64,000 nt of DNA from Squalus acanthias. Its lineage: Eukaryota. Below, piece after piece: positions 62,557 to 64,000 of the stretch. The DNA lies in NCBI GenBank assembly GCA_030390025.1, contig CM059431.1, positions 108,626,001 to 108,690,000 of the forward strand, read 5' to 3'. Each line of letters starts with the position of its first letter. Positions within the stretch are counted from its first letter, which is position 1. The notes under the pieces were generated by a model. The model did not search any database. It was not told where the DNA came from and saw only the letters and a program-made list of their open reading frames with translations. Made by a program: the position numbers and the translations under genes.

Positions 62557-64000
62557 AGGGTAGAAATTCGTTATAGCCAAGGAATGGGCAGTGTCAGTAG
62601 AAAAGTTGGCGAATTAGCGCCAGGCCCTAATGCTTTAGACTGCACGCAAAATTCATCCTCACTGCTCAATAAAATGACTGAAGTCCTAATTCAAGTCTTA
62701 AAACCCAAGCTCATTGGCGTTACCCTTAAAGGCTGGACCAATATCAGGTGCAGTCTAATCGCAACTCATCATTGCCACAGTCTTTTTTCACTACATAAAG
62801 GGGAGGTTCATTGATGCTGCAGCACCTCATTCTCAGTATTGCTGACTGTGCAGCTGCCTCAGCAAGCAGGAGCAGAACAAGGAGAAGGAGCCAGAGGACT
62901 GAACCAGGTGTGCTCATGGCAGGGCCACGCCCCAGGGAGACAGCCCGCAGATTCTCCGATGACGCATTGGAGGCATTGGTTTTCGCTCTAGAGAGACGGC
63001 AAATGGCAGGAGGCCCTCGCCACAAGTCTTCCGCACCATGTGGAGGGAGGTAGCGCAGCACACCTCGGGCAGCACTGTTTTCCCCACGACCCACACACAG
63101 GGCAGGAAGAAATGTAATGACCTCACTCGGGTGATCAGGGTGAGTGAATGCTTCAACAAATGCTACATATCACCATCTGAACCACAATCATCACACACTG
63201 CCCAAAGCACCACACCCCCAGCACTCACCCACCAACAATCTCTACGTGCCAACACTCACACCCACATCTCACACCTTGCACACAATGACAGCTATTCAAC
63301 TATGGCAGGCACATCACCCAAACACATTGCTCCACACTCACTCACACACTTTCCTTTCTCTTGCTGGTCAAGGTGGCTCACAACAGGAGGGAGCAGGAGT
63401 GCACAGGCGGGGGACAAGCCGACACCCAACCACTGTCTGCGTGGGAGAATCGAGTGCTGCAGATCATTGGGCGCCGTGGCCACCGGCGATGTTGACCTCC
63501 TTGGGGACAACAATGGTATGTTCATCCCTACTCCTTCTTCTCACACCCCACTTCTCCCTCACCTCACAAGCTTTTCGTACTTTCCAGCTAATCATGCTGT
63601 ATGCATGCATTTCTCCCTCCCTGTCCCCCTCTCCTCACCTTAACCTGACTCTTGTGCCTTTATGCTTTCAGATAATCAGCAAGCACCTGAGCAGCCTGTC
63701 CCTGAGGGGACCATAGAGAATGAGGCATGAGAAGAGGAGGAGGAAGAACACACCGCGTCACTGCATCTCTCACCTGCAGACACCAGCTCAAATACTGGCA
63801 GTACACGTTCTTTAGAGGCTAGTATAGTAGCAGGAACTACACAGCGAGATGCACCGGGATGAGGGGGCTGCAGCAAGGCCAGTGGGAAAGGGTAGCTCGG
63901 GGGCCAACTCCCCGGAGGGCGAGGTCGCACACGAGTTCTGCAGCACAGGACTCAGATGAGGACCTCGATGGGGAGACGTTTAGAAGAAGGGTGATGGCCA
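62557..64000 (+). mobile_element. Harbinger element with a spliced Myb/SANT-like pseudogene (runs off the window)
   Basis: TIR-like GGGTAGAAATTC. Exon 1 (62917-63139) reads RRFSDDALEALV..WREVA..QGRKKCNDLTR then GTGAGT; exon 2 from 63367 reads VKVAHNRREQECTGGG; exon 3 starts at ~63671. Confidence 0.8.

Noticed and set aside
1..64000. CRISPR array, rRNA or prokaryotic operon
   Set aside because: No regularly spaced repeat-spacer array or rRNA-like sequence; the content is vertebrate repeats.

Overview
Vertebrate genomic DNA, almost certainly from a shark or other elasmobranch (HE1-type V-SINE, SacSINE1/DeuSINE, shark-type CR1 and Penelope elements). Most of the window is transposon-derived, and no host gene can be named. 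The stand-out feature is a 3.9 kb endogenous foamy-virus-like (spumaretrovirus) provirus at 459-4363. It has TG...CA LTRs, a 4-bp ACTC target-site duplication inside a split SINE, a decayed tRNA-Lys PBS and a PPT. Its RNase H and integrase carry foamy-specific motifs. Most of gag, all of protease/RT and most of env are deleted, leaving roughly the cis elements kept in engineered foamy vectors, and the 5' LTR has collapsed to 93 bp. The rest of the window holds: a deeply nested L2 > Harbinger > CR1 stack; a nearly intact CR1 ORF2; many Harbinger transposase/Myb remnants and MITEs with 3-bp TSDs and recurring TGACAG hairpins; Penelope fragments with minimal hammerhead ribozymes, including a 183-bp palindrome; three SINE-LINE tail-sharing pairs; a probable solo LTR; and a few weak candidate exons. 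Protein comparisons with prototype foamy virus (PFV) are from recalled sequence, not a database search.
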